Positions 47,194 to 56,888 of a DNA stretch of 64,000 bases are shown here, piece after piece. Made by a program: the position numbers and the translations under genes. The stretch is taken from positions 1 through 64,000 of IMG/VR virus record IMGVR_UViG_3300025364_000003. One strand, written 5' to 3'. Numbering within the stretch: the stretch's first letter is position 1; each line of letters opens with the position of its first letter. The notes beneath the pieces were generated by a model, which was not told the DNA's origin, did no database searches, and saw nothing but the letters and a program-made list of their open reading frames with translations.

Positions 47194-47394
47194 ATGGCAC
47201 ACTTGAATGACCCAAGGTTTTGGGAATGGCTTAAGGAAAAAGGGCGAGAGCAAACCAAAAATCAAGAGTTTGAACCAATACCTCTTTACATCTCTATCGA
47301 CCAACCACAAAAGAAAAATGAAATCGAAAAAGAAGATTCAGCTGAAGGCGAAATTGATTATAGCATTGAAGATAATATAGTTTATCAGCTATGA
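47194..47394 (+). CDS. small acidic hypothetical protein
   Basis: GAGGT SD; CTATTTAT motif upstream. Confidence 0.6.
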   Translation: MAHLNDPRFWEWLKEKGREQTKNQEFEPIPLYISIDQPQKKNEIEKEDSAEGEIDYSIEDNIVYQL

Positions 47395-47406
47395 TGGAGT
47401 TACAAA

Positions 47407-47757
47407 TTGTATACTGAGCAACAAATGGTTGAAATGACAATGGAGATTGATGCAATTGTCGATTTGATGAATGCAACCGAACGGATTCTCAATGAAGAAA
47501 AATCAGGTGGAAACACCATGCCGCTCGGCAACATAGTGCATGTCGATTTCTTCATTCTACCTGAATTTAAAAGGCTTGCAAAAGCCAAGCTAAAACTTCC
47601 ACAAATTTTAGCAGTTTATCATGATTGGGCTGAAAGAACCTATATGCTTGCGGTTAAAAACCGAGGCAGGCTTCAGCGAGGCAAGCTTCGAAAATATATT
47701 GAAAGTAGCTTAGCTCAAGTTCAAACACTGCAAAAGTTACTTCCCAATGCTATGTAA
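47407..47757 (+). CDS. hypothetical protein
   Basis: GGAG SD. Confidence 0.6.
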   Translation: MYTEQQMVEMTMEIDAIVDLMNATERILNEEKSGGNTMPLGNIVHVDFFILPEFKRLAKAKLKLPQILAVYHDWAERTYMLAVKNRGRLQRGKLRKYIESSLAQVQTLQKLLPNAM

Positions 47758-47758
47758 T

Positions 47759-47788
47759 AAAAAAGCTCCCGAGTGGGAGCTTTGTTTT
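47759..47788. terminator. bidirectional intrinsic terminator
   Basis: AAAGCTCCC-GAGT-GGGAGCTTT between convergent gene blocks. Confidence 0.85.
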
Positions 47789-48379
47789 TACCAGGAAATT
47801 TTTTTCTTTTGCCGATGAAACTCCTCAAGCAAGAGGAGTCCAAAAGTATCACTGGAATTGCAAATCACATGTGAAAGTCTGGACCTTGCAAAATTTGCAT
47901 AACTGTCGTTAGGGCCAACTTCAACCCATTTTTTTGAACGAGCATCCCACTCATCTTCGCTGATTTGTTCTGGACCGTCGGTATTATTCCAATACCCATA
48001 TTCTTCAATCCAGTCAATCTGGTCTATCAGCTCTGACAACGAGTCAGAAATGGATGATCGACCCCAGGGGATTATGTAAACATATCCATCATCATGGAAC
48101 CAAACATTTAATCCGCATTCCACAAGATCCATTTGAAACTCCTTGCAGAAGTCTTTTAGAAACTTTGAGGTAATAAACATGCGAATCCGACCTAAGGTCT
48201 GTATCTGGAACTGTTAAACCCTTTGTTCTCTTTTCGATTAATTCGGCTACTTCTGATGAATTCATAGTCTCTTCATAAATCTCATAAGTTTGCTCAAGAA
48301 GAAAGCGATGCATGAGCTTGAGAGACTCTGAGAATCTTAGTTGGGGCACTCGGGCAGCTACATAAATTTTGGTGCTCAT
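47788..48379 (-). pseudogene. probable single gene split by a 1-nt frameshift
   Basis: ORFs 48092-48379 and 47788-48180 join if one base is removed in palindrome GACCTAAGGTC (48189-48199). Confidence 0.5.
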
Positions 48380-48759
48380 ATGTCCTCTTCATCTGCGAAA
48401 CGCTCGGAATAAACTGCATCCGGGCCTTCGTTTTTGACTCGTCGAGCCAGGCTGGGGTCTAGTTTTTGCAAAACGTCATAAAGGGCCGTACGATTGTGCT
48501 TATCATTAGCATTATAAAGGTATAGTGTTCGCACAATTTCGCCCTTTACGGCTTCAAGATCTGGATTTGCTGCAATAGCATCTTCTTCAAGGCGCTGTCG
48601 AATCTTATCTTCAACACCAAGATAGAAAGCATCAAGATGACCTTTGTTTTTTATGAGTTTTTCTACATTTGCAGCCAATCCTTCAGGGCTGTGTTGCCAG
48701 GATTTTCGAATTTTTTCGAGTTCCTCATTGGTCACAATAAAATCAAGCGTAATTTTCAT
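48376..48759 (-). CDS. hypothetical protein
   Basis: coupled ORF. Confidence 0.65.
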   Translation of the reverse strand: MKITLDFIVTNEELEKIRKSWQHSPEGLAANVEKLIKNKGHLDAFYLGVEDKIRQRLEEDAIAANPDLEAVKGEIVRTLYLYNANDKHNRTALYDVLQKLDPSLARRVKNEGPDAVYSERFADEEDI

Positions 48760-49066
48760 CTTTCACCATTTCAAGTTCTTGAGCAAACACCCAAAAGGAA
48801 CGAACATGACCTTCGATAACAACAATTAGCTTTACTAGGAAAAACTTGCTGCCATCAAATGAAAACTCAAGCGTGTCAACAACTTGACCAAGTAAATTCT
48901 TGGGGATGATATTACACAGATAAAGCATTTCTGGGTTTGAAACCCATTGCTTCTTACTTGTGTTTCCGCACCAACACTGAATTGTCGTCGGTTCATGCGT
49001 AGTTTGCATTGGTTTGGTAAGAACCAAACTGCCTGCTGACAATTGCTCTAAAATGTTATCAGGCAT
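48743..49066 (-). CDS. paralog family A member
   Basis: LSAGSLVL ... LLGQVV ... VIEGHVRSFW. Confidence 0.55.
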   Translation of the reverse strand: MPDNILEQLSAGSLVLTKPMQTTHEPTTIQCWCGNTSKKQWVSNPEMLYLCNIIPKNLLGQVVDTLEFSFDGSKFFLVKLIVVIEGHVRSFWVFAQELEMVKDENYA

Positions 49067-49369
49067 CTTCTTCGAGAATGGGTACAAGATTGTGGTAATG
49101 CGTCCAGCAAATGCGTGGGTCCACATCTTTTGAAATGATAATTTGAGCAGCCATTACTTGGCCTTTTATTTTAAGCACTTGACCAGTGGTCATTACATTA
49201 GGAGGTGCTGAATCAGTTGTGAACCTGGCAGCGTAATAGCACTGCTCTGGCTTCTCAAAAAGCGTGTATGGACCATCTATTTTATGGATGCCGACGTAGT
49301 TGCTATTTTATGGATGCCGACGTAGTTGGAATCGTATTCTACAACTTCATAAGATGTTGCTTTAGACAT
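49059..49369 (-). pseudogene. hypothetical gene frameshifted by a 26-bp tandem duplication
   Basis: CTATTTTATGGATGCCGACGTAGTTG x2 at 49277-49328; removing one copy restores MSKATSYE...LEEDA* overlapping the next start. Confidence 0.75.
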
Positions 49370-49462
49370 CTCTATCTCCGGGTGGCTTGAAGCCTTTGAC
49401 CACCATCCAAAATATAAACGAAACACAAACTACTGACAATATTGGAATTACAAGTTCCATGA

Positions 49463-49678
49463 TCAGTAAGGTGCGTAAATAACAAAACCATTACTGGTTT
49501 TGTCCCATTGAATGTTTTTTTGTCGAAAAGAAATAGACTTCATGGAATTAACATGAACTGCTGGGCATTTCATTCCCTTTTCAAAGCGATTGGAATAATT
49601 GTAATCGATTTGGTAACCCTTGCTCTGCGCTTCGGCTACAAATTCTTCTTGTTCTTTGCTTAGTTCGTAATGGGGCAT
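49463..49678 (-). CDS. hypothetical protein, paralog of 50676-50900
   Basis: shared Y.L...Q..FV.EA......DY.YS.R...G..CPAV...VIYA pattern. Confidence 0.7.
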   Translation of the reverse strand: MPHYELSKEQEEFVAEAQSKGYQIDYNYSNRFEKGMKCPAVHVNSMKSISFRQKNIQWDKTSNGFVIYAPY

Positions 49679-49704
49679 ACTTCACCTTCCTATCGAACAA
49701 GCTA

Positions 49705-49977
49705 CTACAAATCGGAAGCAGATTGAACCGCAAGGGCTTTGAGAGCCTTTTTGTACTTATTGCTTCGCATGCAACTTTTACATGTTACCTTTACAGGATC
49801 CTCTGTCCCATAATAAAATGGAGCAACACCTGGCAAGTATTCGGGTGGCTCACATTTCTCTTCAAAGATGTGGTAATCGCAAGCTGCAACATATTGGTCA
49901 GGTCCGCCCGCATATTCTCGCTTGAGTTTTTCAAACGTGAAAAAATGAATAATCACTATTTTCTCCAACCAACCCAT
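49705..49977 (-). CDS. hypothetical protein
   Basis: ORF; VTCKSC. Confidence 0.55.
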   Translation of the reverse strand: MGWLEKIVIIHFFTFEKLKREYAGGPDQYVAACDYHIFEEKCEPPEYLPGVAPFYYGTEDPVKVTCKSCMRSNKYKKALKALAVQSASDL

Positions 49978-50459
49978 GTCTTAGGTGCTTTTTCTTCTTT
50001 TTCGGGTCTTTTAGTGAAGCAATCAAAACAAGGATTGCTCGGCCTATGCCCTTCTTCAAGGCAAATATTTTTCCAAGCTTCCGATTTGTTATAGTAATCA
50101 AGACGCTTGTGACGCTCACAATAATGAATTACGGCATGATACCTATCTACAAAATCAGGCCGAAAAGGAATTGGCGCATAAATGCCTTGAGCAACATCAT
50201 ACCAAATATTTTCATGCTCGTCATTCCAACTCCAAGATGGAGTCATCGAATCATCTGGAAAACTCGACCAATTGCAATAGTAATGGACACCGTCTTCGCC
50301 AAGAGCTTTCCAGCCCTCATAAGTCTTGTCGGGCTCCCAAACGGCTGGAACTTGTCGAGTTTCAACAATTTCAATCAATACAAACTCATCCTCTTCCTCT
50401 GATTGATAAGGAAAGGGCACCTTGTGCAGGATGATCAACCGGCCGATTTGGCTAGACAT
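49956..50459 (-). CDS. hypothetical protein
   Basis: GGAG SD before ATG 50459. Confidence 0.6.
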   Translation of the reverse strand: MSSQIGRLIILHKVPFPYQSEEEDEFVLIEIVETRQVPAVWEPDKTYEGWKALGEDGVHYYCNWSSFPDDSMTPSWSWNDEHENIWYDVAQGIYAPIPFRPDFVDRYHAVIHYCERHKRLDYYNKSEAWKNICLEEGHRPSNPCFDCFTKRPEKEEKAPKTWVGWRK

Positions 50460-50679
50460 TCTTGTTATCTCCATTTTCCATAATTTTTTTAATTGTTTCT
50501 TCTTGGCGAACACGGTTATTTTTTTCAAGTGTGAGCATTTCACGGATAACACCGTTTTCAACGCTTCCGAACAACATGGCAATCGGAATTGCTGCAATGT
50601 ATGCCCAAGCACCACCAGAAGAAATCATAGCAATAGCGAGTATACAAAGAAAAGTGCGCCAAAGAAAAAACATTGTCAA
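50452..50679 (-). CDS. small membrane protein
   Basis: two TM segments. Confidence 0.55.
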   Translation of the reverse strand: MTMFFLWRTFLCILAIAMISSGGAWAYIAAIPIAMLFGSVENGVIREMLTLEKNNRVRQEETIKKIMENGDNKNV

Positions 50680-50900
50680 ATCCTTGCGTAAACAACCATA
50701 CCAAGACCCAAACTGTCCCTGGCCACTGCTGCCGTGAACTTATACCGAAGAAGATCCTCAGCTTCGAGGCGAACAGCAGGGCAGTATGCACCATACATGC
50801 CACGGCCACTATAAGTGTAGTCAACCTCAAGCTCCTGTTCCTCGGCCTCCCGAACAAAGAGCATTTGATTTGCAGTAAGCGTATATCGTTCGTCAGTCAT
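50676..50900 (-). CDS. hypothetical protein, paralog of 49463-49678
   Basis: YSGRGMYGAYCPAV motif. Confidence 0.7.
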   Translation of the reverse strand: MTDERYTLTANQMLFVREAEEQELEVDYTYSGRGMYGAYCPAVRLEAEDLLRYKFTAAVARDSLGLGMVVYARI

Positions 50901-51114
50901 CTCTATTTACCTTCCTTAAAGCAGCGACTGCCCAATCAGCAAGTGTTGCTGCGTCTTCTGCGGCTCCAAGCGCAGAATCAGTTTCGCCACCAACCCATTC
51001 TTGCCAACCGTAACCTTTTGTTTCAGCACGGTCCTTAGCGTCAGCAACAAATTTTGCTGCGAACACAGCAGCCCAAACTTGTTCATCGGTTGGTTTAATT
51101 TTCGGTTCGCTCAT
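50893..51114 (-). CDS. hypothetical protein
   Basis: coupled ORF. Confidence 0.6.
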   Translation of the reverse strand: MSEPKIKPTDEQVWAAVFAAKFVADAKDRAETKGYGWQEWVGGETDSALGAAEDAATLADWAVAALRKVNRDD

Positions 51115-51266
51115 TTCATTTTCTCAAAAGCTTTGACAGCCAGAAAAGACCCCCAAGGAACAAGGCTGCACCAATAACAACCTTGGATCTTTTTGGGAAG
51201 CGCCTATTTGGACGGAAATCTATTCCTCCGTGAGGGTGGATAATATCTCTGGCCGCAAGCTTCATT

Positions 51267-51788
51267 TCATGTTCCGCAAGTTCTGGTGTTGTGCCCAAGG
51301 CCACCACATTTGCCGCATTTATATTGCTTTCGTCGAGAACCTTTGGAAATCTTTCGTTTGACCGTTTCCTTCTCATGGGGGCTGGATATCCCTCCAAGAG
51401 TTTTTGATTTTTTTCGCCCACAAGTGCGAGCATTGTGTCCAGCACAACCGCAATTGCTACAGGTCCGAGTACCTCTCCTGGAGGATTTTACAGTCCTTGT
51501 AGCGCTATTGTTGGCCGAAGACGTCAAGGGCCCGATACGGGCCAAATCCTTTTCTTCGAAGATTCCCTTGGTTTTAGCCTCGTCAAGCATTTCTTTTGGA
51601 CATGGGCCCTCGTCACACATGAAAGCCGACCATTCCCTGCTTGGTCGGCTACTTTCTTCAATTTTGGCCTGACAGGCATCATGACACTTCTTATCACACC
51701 AGAAAAAATACTTGTTTTCTGTGAACTTAGAACGCTTGCTTCCAAGCAAATTTTTATTGCAAAAGAAGCAATGAAAAATATCGATCAT
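51267..51788 (-). CDS. zinc-knuckle (CCHC) protein
   Basis: CSNCGCAGHNARTC and CGKCGGLGHNTRTC plus N-terminal CxxC/CxxxC. Confidence 0.75.
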   Translation of the reverse strand: MIDIFHCFFCNKNLLGSKRSKFTENKYFFWCDKKCHDACQAKIEESSRPSREWSAFMCDEGPCPKEMLDEAKTKGIFEEKDLARIGPLTSSANNSATRTVKSSRRGTRTCSNCGCAGHNARTCGRKKSKTLGGISSPHEKETVKRKISKGSRRKQYKCGKCGGLGHNTRTCGT

Positions 51789-51964
51789 GCCTCCTCCAAA
51801 ATCTTCAACATTTTGAGCGAATGCTCCAATTCGCTAACAATGTTAGCTCGACAATTCTCGCTGTGGATGTCATCCTCTTGAAAACTCATATCATTGGCGC
51901 ATTCAAGAGCCAGCGTCAACGCCTGGCGAACATCTTCGAGAATTTTGGTTTCTCCCTTGGTCAT
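51785..51964 (-). CDS. 59-aa hypothetical protein (leaderless)
   Basis: MTKGETKILEDVRQAL...EEA*; stop overlaps next ATG; below ORF-track cutoff. Confidence 0.6.
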   Translation of the reverse strand: MTKGETKILEDVRQALTLALECANDMSFQEDDIHSENCRANIVSELEHSLKMLKILEEA

Positions 51965-51970
51965 GAACCA

Positions 51971-52054
51971 AATCTATCACAGGAATATGGTGTTTTCAAC
52001 CCATTTTAAAAAAGTCTGTTCGGAGTTTAAACCGAGGTCGAAATACGATATATT
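51971..52054. promoter_or_regulatory. divergent sigma70-like promoter pair
   Basis: minus: TTGAAA-N17-TAGATT (51971-51999); plus: TTTAAA-N17-TATATT (52026-52054). Confidence 0.6.
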
Positions 52055-52080
52055 CTGTATGTAGGGAAAGGAAGCATACA

Positions 52081-52683
52081 GTGACCATTGCACCGCCAAA
52101 GGCGATGAATGCCCGAGGATCCAAGTCCAAAGGTCGTTCTCGAAATACAAAGCGACCGAAAAAGGTTCCTCGCCAGACTTCTGGCCTTCGTGGTCAGATT
52201 AATACTTGGATGGCTGAAGCATTTGAAGCCATGGGCGCACCCGAGTTAATTGATCAGGTTCCGTGGAATTTGAACAAGCGGATGACTTCCGCAAGAGGTC
52301 GTGCAGGATGCACTTGGAAGGACGGCAAGGCTTGCGAGCTTTTCATGGAATTTTCGTTGAGCCTGTTCAAGCTTTCGGACGAAGATGGTCGGCGTCAGTG
52401 TGTATTTCACGAGTGCGCACATATTGTCGACTATCACAAGGGAACTTATGTTAAAGGTCAGCCGCACGGGATTTCTTGGAAATCCTACATGGCAAGTGTT
52501 GGCGTCGAGGCCAAGCGTTGTCATAACGTTCAGCCTGTGAAGCAACGCAGAACGAAAAAATGGAAAGCATCTTGTGCTTGTAAGGTGTGGGAAATCTCCT
52601 CTCAACGCCGACGAAAGATGAAGTTGGGCGAAGCTTCTTACAAATGTAAGAAGTGTGGTGAAAAACTAGCCCTGGAAAGGTAA
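52081..52683 (+). CDS. SprT-like zinc metalloprotease
   Basis: RMTSARGRA, FHECAH (HExxH), HGISWK, C-terminal zinc ribbon. Confidence 0.85.
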   Translation: MTIAPPKAMNARGSKSKGRSRNTKRPKKVPRQTSGLRGQINTWMAEAFEAMGAPELIDQVPWNLNKRMTSARGRAGCTWKDGKACELFMEFSLSLFKLSDEDGRRQCVFHECAHIVDYHKGTYVKGQPHGISWKSYMASVGVEAKRCHNVQPVKQRRTKKWKASCACKVWEISSQRRRKMKLGEASYKCKKCGEKLALER

Positions 52684-52691
52684 AATGCGTC

Positions 52692-53129
52692 ATGCCTGCC
52701 GAGAAAAATGATGAGCTTATTTTCAAGCATCCGGTTCTTGCTGATCTCCGAGACATCTCGGAGATTGATCGAGTCAAAATTAAGCATGCTGACTTCAACA
52801 CGGGCTGCATTATCGTTACGATTGACGGCGAAGATATTTCGTTTGAGGGGGTAATGCGCTCATTGAGGTTTGTTGATCTTCTGGAAAAGATGGAAGTTCA
52901 GGCTGTGGATTTTGAGACGGGTGAAATTACTGTCCGTTGGCATCCCAAGGGCGCACCTAAGGTGTACGCCCACCTCAATATTAGCCAGGCCGAGATTGAT
53001 TCCATCAAGGCTGGAAACAAGATTTATGCAATCAAGTTAGCTAGGGCCCGAACTGGTTTGGGGCTAGCGGATGCTAAGAAGCTCATCGAGGATGCCGCTG
53101 ATGAACTTAGGCGACGAGGACTGTTGTAA
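52692..53129 (+). CDS. protein with C-terminal ribosomal protein bL12 CTD-like domain
   Basis: GNKIYAIKLARARTGLGLADAKKLIE. Confidence 0.7.
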   Translation: MPAEKNDELIFKHPVLADLRDISEIDRVKIKHADFNTGCIIVTIDGEDISFEGVMRSLRFVDLLEKMEVQAVDFETGEITVRWHPKGAPKVYAHLNISQAEIDSIKAGNKIYAIKLARARTGLGLADAKKLIEDAADELRRRGLL

Positions 53130-53188
53130 TAGCTTCAAAAAGGCTATGCAGCCTTGTAGGCTTGACTTCCTATAACGTAGGAGATAAA

Positions 53189-53614
53189 ATGCGCAAGGCT
53201 GCATGTATATTACTAATTCGACCAGATGGCCGAATTTTAGGCGCCTCTCGGCGGAATAGCCTGATTGACTTCAATCTTGTTGGGGGTAAGGTCGATTCTG
53301 GCGAATCTGTCAGGGAAGCTGCTGTCAGAGAGTTTGCCGAAGAAACGGGGACTTATCTATCTACAAATAATCTAATAGAGGTTTTCACTCATCCGTGTTA
53401 TGGTGAAGCTGACTACGAAACTACTACATTTTTAGTTTATCAACAGCTCGATTTGGCAGCCCAGCAAATTCCTGAAAATCCCAATTGCCCTGAGGATGGC
53501 ATACTAATCAAGTGGATCACTTGGAACGACCTACTGGGACCCAATTCTTCATTTAGAGAATATAATCAGTTGCTTTATAATAAGATTTCTCATTTATTAG
53601 AGGATAAACCATGA
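53189..53614 (+). CDS. NUDIX hydrolase
   Basis: GGKVDSGESVREAAVREFAEETG Nudix box. Confidence 0.9.
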   Translation: MRKAACILLIRPDGRILGASRRNSLIDFNLVGGKVDSGESVREAAVREFAEETGTYLSTNNLIEVFTHPCYGEADYETTTFLVYQQLDLAAQQIPENPNCPEDGILIKWITWNDLLGPNSSFREYNQLLYNKISHLLEDKP

Positions 53615-54231
53615 AACAGTATCCTTCAATTCCAACCAAACCCAAAGGCAATTGTACTGCCTTTTGGGTTTTTGATAAATTGGATGGTTCCAATATTAGA
53701 GTTGAGTGGACTTCCAAGCGTGGTTTTAATAAGTTTGGAACTCGCAAGCGACTACTTGGTTCAGATCAGGGAATCCTTACACGAGCTGAGGTGCTCGCAA
53801 ACACTCAGGAAAAGACCTTCAGGAGCATTTTTACTCAAAACAAGATTGATAAAGCAATTTGTTTTTTTGAGTTTTGGGGACCTAATTCTTTTGCTGGTTC
53901 ACACAAGGAAAACGACGATCATAAGCTTACACTGATTGATGTTGACGTTTATAAGCAAGGCATGATTCCTCCAAATAGGTTTTTAGAGCTGTTCGATCCG
54001 ACTCCAGTCAACACACCAAATTTCATCCATTATGGGCTTGTTGATGAAGAATTTAAGAATCAAGTTCGCAAAGGTGAGGTTAACGGTGTAACCTTTGAAG
54101 GTGTCGTTTGCAAAGCTTATAACAAGCGTAAACGCAACACCGAAATGTTTAAAATCAAATCCGAAGCATGGATCGCAGCTGTTAAAGCCAAGTATGGGCA
54201 CAATCCAAATCTCTTGGAACAAATTCTATAA
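53611..54231 (+). CDS. minimal ATP-dependent RNA-ligase-like nucleotidyltransferase
   Basis: motif I KLDGSN, III FFEFWG, IIIa LIDV, IV EGVV, V KIK. Confidence 0.75.
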   Translation: MKQYPSIPTKPKGNCTAFWVFDKLDGSNIRVEWTSKRGFNKFGTRKRLLGSDQGILTRAEVLANTQEKTFRSIFTQNKIDKAICFFEFWGPNSFAGSHKENDDHKLTLIDVDVYKQGMIPPNRFLELFDPTPVNTPNFIHYGLVDEEFKNQVRKGEVNGVTFEGVVCKAYNKRKRNTEMFKIKSEAWIAAVKAKYGHNPNLLEQIL

Positions 54232-54254
54232 CAATCCCAGAAGAAACCCCTAAT

Positions 54255-55385
54255 ATGAAAGATTTTTATCAAATTTTAGGCGTCTCAAAAGATGCCTCGG
54301 AAAAGGAAATAAAAAAAGCTTACCGAGCCAAAGCTATGGAATTTCATCCGGATCGCAATCCAAATGATCCAGAAGCCGAAGAAAGATTTAAAGAAGTTCA
54401 AACGGCTTACGAGACTCTCAAAGATCCACAAAAGCGTCAAGTTTACGATATGGGTGGTTCACACCCTAGAGCCGGGTGGAATGTTGGCGGATTTGACCCT
54501 TTCAATCCTTTTGATTTTGGAATGGGAGACAATGAAATCAATGATGTGATTAATGATTTCTTTAGACGGGGAGGTGCTCAAGCGCATAGAAAAGCTAGAC
54601 GAACCATGCCTGGCAAAGATATTGGTTTAACTGTTTCACTCACGCTCGAAGAAGTCCTCACGGGTTGTTCCAAAAATATAACTATCACCCGCAAGGAACG
54701 TTGCGGCACTTGTGATGGCTCGGGTGCCAAAAATGAACCTGGGGGGATGGCGAAGTGCATGCAATGTCATGGTTCGGGTCAAGTTGGTCGTAGAAATGGA
54801 TTTATGCACGTCATTACCACCTGCCCTCACTGTTCTGGCCTTGGCGAATATATCGCCAAACCTTGTAATTCCTGTTTGGGAAATAAGACATTTGACAAAA
54901 ACGAACAGATCAACATAAAGATCCCCAAGGGGGTTCGTTCAGGCAACACGCTTCGTATTTCAAACAAGGGACATGATTCCACTGATAAAGACGAAAAACC
55001 TGGCCACCTTTATGTAGAAATTTCGGTTCTTGAACATCCTGTGTTCAAACATGATAATGATGAATTATATCTCGAACTAAAGATTCCTTACACCGTTGCA
55101 GTTCTTGGCGGTGAGATCAATGTTCCAGTTCTTGGTAAAAAGCCCGGAGAACGGTCAACCATCAAGGTTAACCTACCAAATGGCATTTCACAAAAAAAGG
55201 TTTTGGAAATAGAGGAAAGAGGGCTTCCGAACATCAGATCGGGCAAACGTGGCTTGCAGATTGTCAATCTAACGGTTCACATTCCATCCGCTGATGAACT
55301 CAATGATCGTCAAAAGGAGCTTTTGCAAGAATTGCATGAAAGCGTAGATAGCTCATGGTTAGAAGATTGGTTAGAAAATGAGTGA
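54255..55385 (+). CDS. dnaJ: molecular chaperone DnaJ (full length)
   Basis: J domain with HPD, G/F region, four CxxCxGx(G/K) repeats, C-terminal domain. Confidence 0.95.
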   Translation: MKDFYQILGVSKDASEKEIKKAYRAKAMEFHPDRNPNDPEAEERFKEVQTAYETLKDPQKRQVYDMGGSHPRAGWNVGGFDPFNPFDFGMGDNEINDVINDFFRRGGAQAHRKARRTMPGKDIGLTVSLTLEEVLTGCSKNITITRKERCGTCDGSGAKNEPGGMAKCMQCHGSGQVGRRNGFMHVITTCPHCSGLGEYIAKPCNSCLGNKTFDKNEQINIKIPKGVRSGNTLRISNKGHDSTDKDEKPGHLYVEISVLEHPVFKHDNDELYLELKIPYTVAVLGGEINVPVLGKKPGERSTIKVNLPNGISQKKVLEIEERGLPNIRSGKRGLQIVNLTVHIPSADELNDRQKELLQELHESVDSSWLEDWLENE

Positions 55386-55579
55386 AAAATTCAATCTAGA
55401 TATTACTATACCTTTAGGCTCCATGGGCCTCGACTCACGCATGGGACGACGTTTGGTATTATCACCACTACCATCTTCTACACGAAGAGACTCTTTATGA
55501 GATTACATTTAAAACCATCGGAACCGATTTCCATCCTGATGACTTTCTAAAAGTGCTCAAACGAGCTAAAGATAATTGA
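55378..55579 (+). pseudogene. degraded paralog family A remnant
   Basis: C-terminal HYHLLHEETLYEITF...KDN* in a frame interrupted upstream by stops. Confidence 0.45.
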
Positions 55580-55582
55580 GCG

Positions 55583-56074
55583 ATGAATCTATCAGAAAAA
55601 TTCAAACCTGGCGTCTTGATTAAGCCCAAAGAAGACAGACTTCATAATACGCTAGAGACTCAGCAAGCAGTATTTGAAACTGGAAGGGTGTTATACAAAA
55701 CACATGAAACAGCCTTGGGCAAAATTTGGGTTGCCGATGGTTATCGATACACATTGGAGGATGAGCACAAGGGAAGCGATTGGAAAAACTTTTTACACCG
55801 AGTTGAACCCAATGATGTTTATATGATTTTAAAAGCTCCTGCGTTTTGTATGATACCAAAATATTTCAGACGCACATATGCCGAACTTGAAAAGAAACAT
55901 CCTATTTGTTTTCTTAATATGATGGTTTCTTACGGTCAAAACAATTGGGAAATACCCATTGTTGTGTCAGAGGCATCTTCACTGTCACGTAAATTGATGT
56001 ATGAAAAAGAACTTGGTGTACTGTTTTCCGATCCAGATATTTGGTATTCACAGATTTTCGAACCAGTTGGGTGA
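55583..56074 (+). CDS. paralog family A member
   Basis: FKPGVLIK ... VYMILK. Confidence 0.55.
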   Translation: MNLSEKFKPGVLIKPKEDRLHNTLETQQAVFETGRVLYKTHETALGKIWVADGYRYTLEDEHKGSDWKNFLHRVEPNDVYMILKAPAFCMIPKYFRRTYAELEKKHPICFLNMMVSYGQNNWEIPIVVSEASSLSRKLMYEKELGVLFSDPDIWYSQIFEPVG

Positions 56075-56077
56075 TCT

Positions 56078-56527
56078 ATGGCAAAACATACACATATCAA
56101 ATTGTTTAAGCCCGGAACGTTGATAATACCAGAAATCGGCTTCTGGCTCAACATCAATTCAGCAGCCTGGAAAATCCGAGTAGAAAACCCATCGGCAAAA
56201 CTGCGTCCCCTTATCCGAGATGCAGACAAAATGCTGCTTGGGGCACTGCTTGATGAGGCTCATGTTGGACTTGTACTTCTTGATGAAATTGAGGAGTTTC
56301 CATATCAACAAGTATTACCACCAATCTTTTGGTGGGAACACTTGTTGATTCTGATTCGAGGTCTATACTCTGAGCAAGTTGTAAGAGTACGAAAGACAAC
56401 ATTGCTATTTGGCCAAAGGAAAGCAGTTGTGGAAGTAAACGAATCTTTACTGGAAAGCACTTTGTCGATTTCCAATCAAGCCTGGAAAGTAGTTTCCAAC
56501 CCAAAATCGGAGGACTCAAATGAGTGA
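56078..56527 (+). CDS. paralog family A member
   Basis: FKPGTLII ... LVLLD ... LLFGQRK. Confidence 0.55.
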   Translation: MAKHTHIKLFKPGTLIIPEIGFWLNINSAAWKIRVENPSAKLRPLIRDADKMLLGALLDEAHVGLVLLDEIEEFPYQQVLPPIFWWEHLLILIRGLYSEQVVRVRKTTLLFGQRKAVVEVNESLLESTLSISNQAWKVVSNPKSEDSNE

Positions 56528-56888
56528 CAAATTTGACAAATACATGAAGACATATAGCGCTAAGATGCTGCTTGAAAAGCACTCCCTTGAAGAAACCAAT
56601 ACCTGGGAAGTCCGGGGAGAAGATCCGAATTGTGATTTCGGTGGACCTCATCACCAGCCGCTCCTTGGCATTTTTGAGGGCGTGCTTTACGATGTCATCG
56701 AGCACGCAGTAGAACTTCCAGGATTTTGGCAATGGGGTGCTGGTGGTGACATCAAAGCTCGCAGAGTTACAAAAGTTGTCAAAATCAACCCTCAAACAAG
56801 AGCAAAACGTCAGGAAATCCGCAATAGAATCCAAGCGCTGGAATCTGAGCTTGCCTCCCTTAAAAAGCAACTTGACGATTTGACATGA
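56520..56888 (+). CDS. hypothetical protein with C-terminal coiled coil
   Basis: GGAGG SD; WEVRGEDPNCDFGG. Confidence 0.7.
   Translation: MSDKFDKYMKTYSAKMLLEKHSLEETNTWEVRGEDPNCDFGGPHHQPLLGIFEGVLYDVIEHAVELPGFWQWGAGGDIKARRVTKVVKINPQTRAKRQEIRNRIQALESELASLKKQLDDLT

Noticed and set aside
51116-51445. 109-aa minus-strand ORF as annotated
   Set aside because: Its 5' half overlaps the zinc-knuckle gene in another frame; only the last ~49 codons from ATG 51265 are plausible
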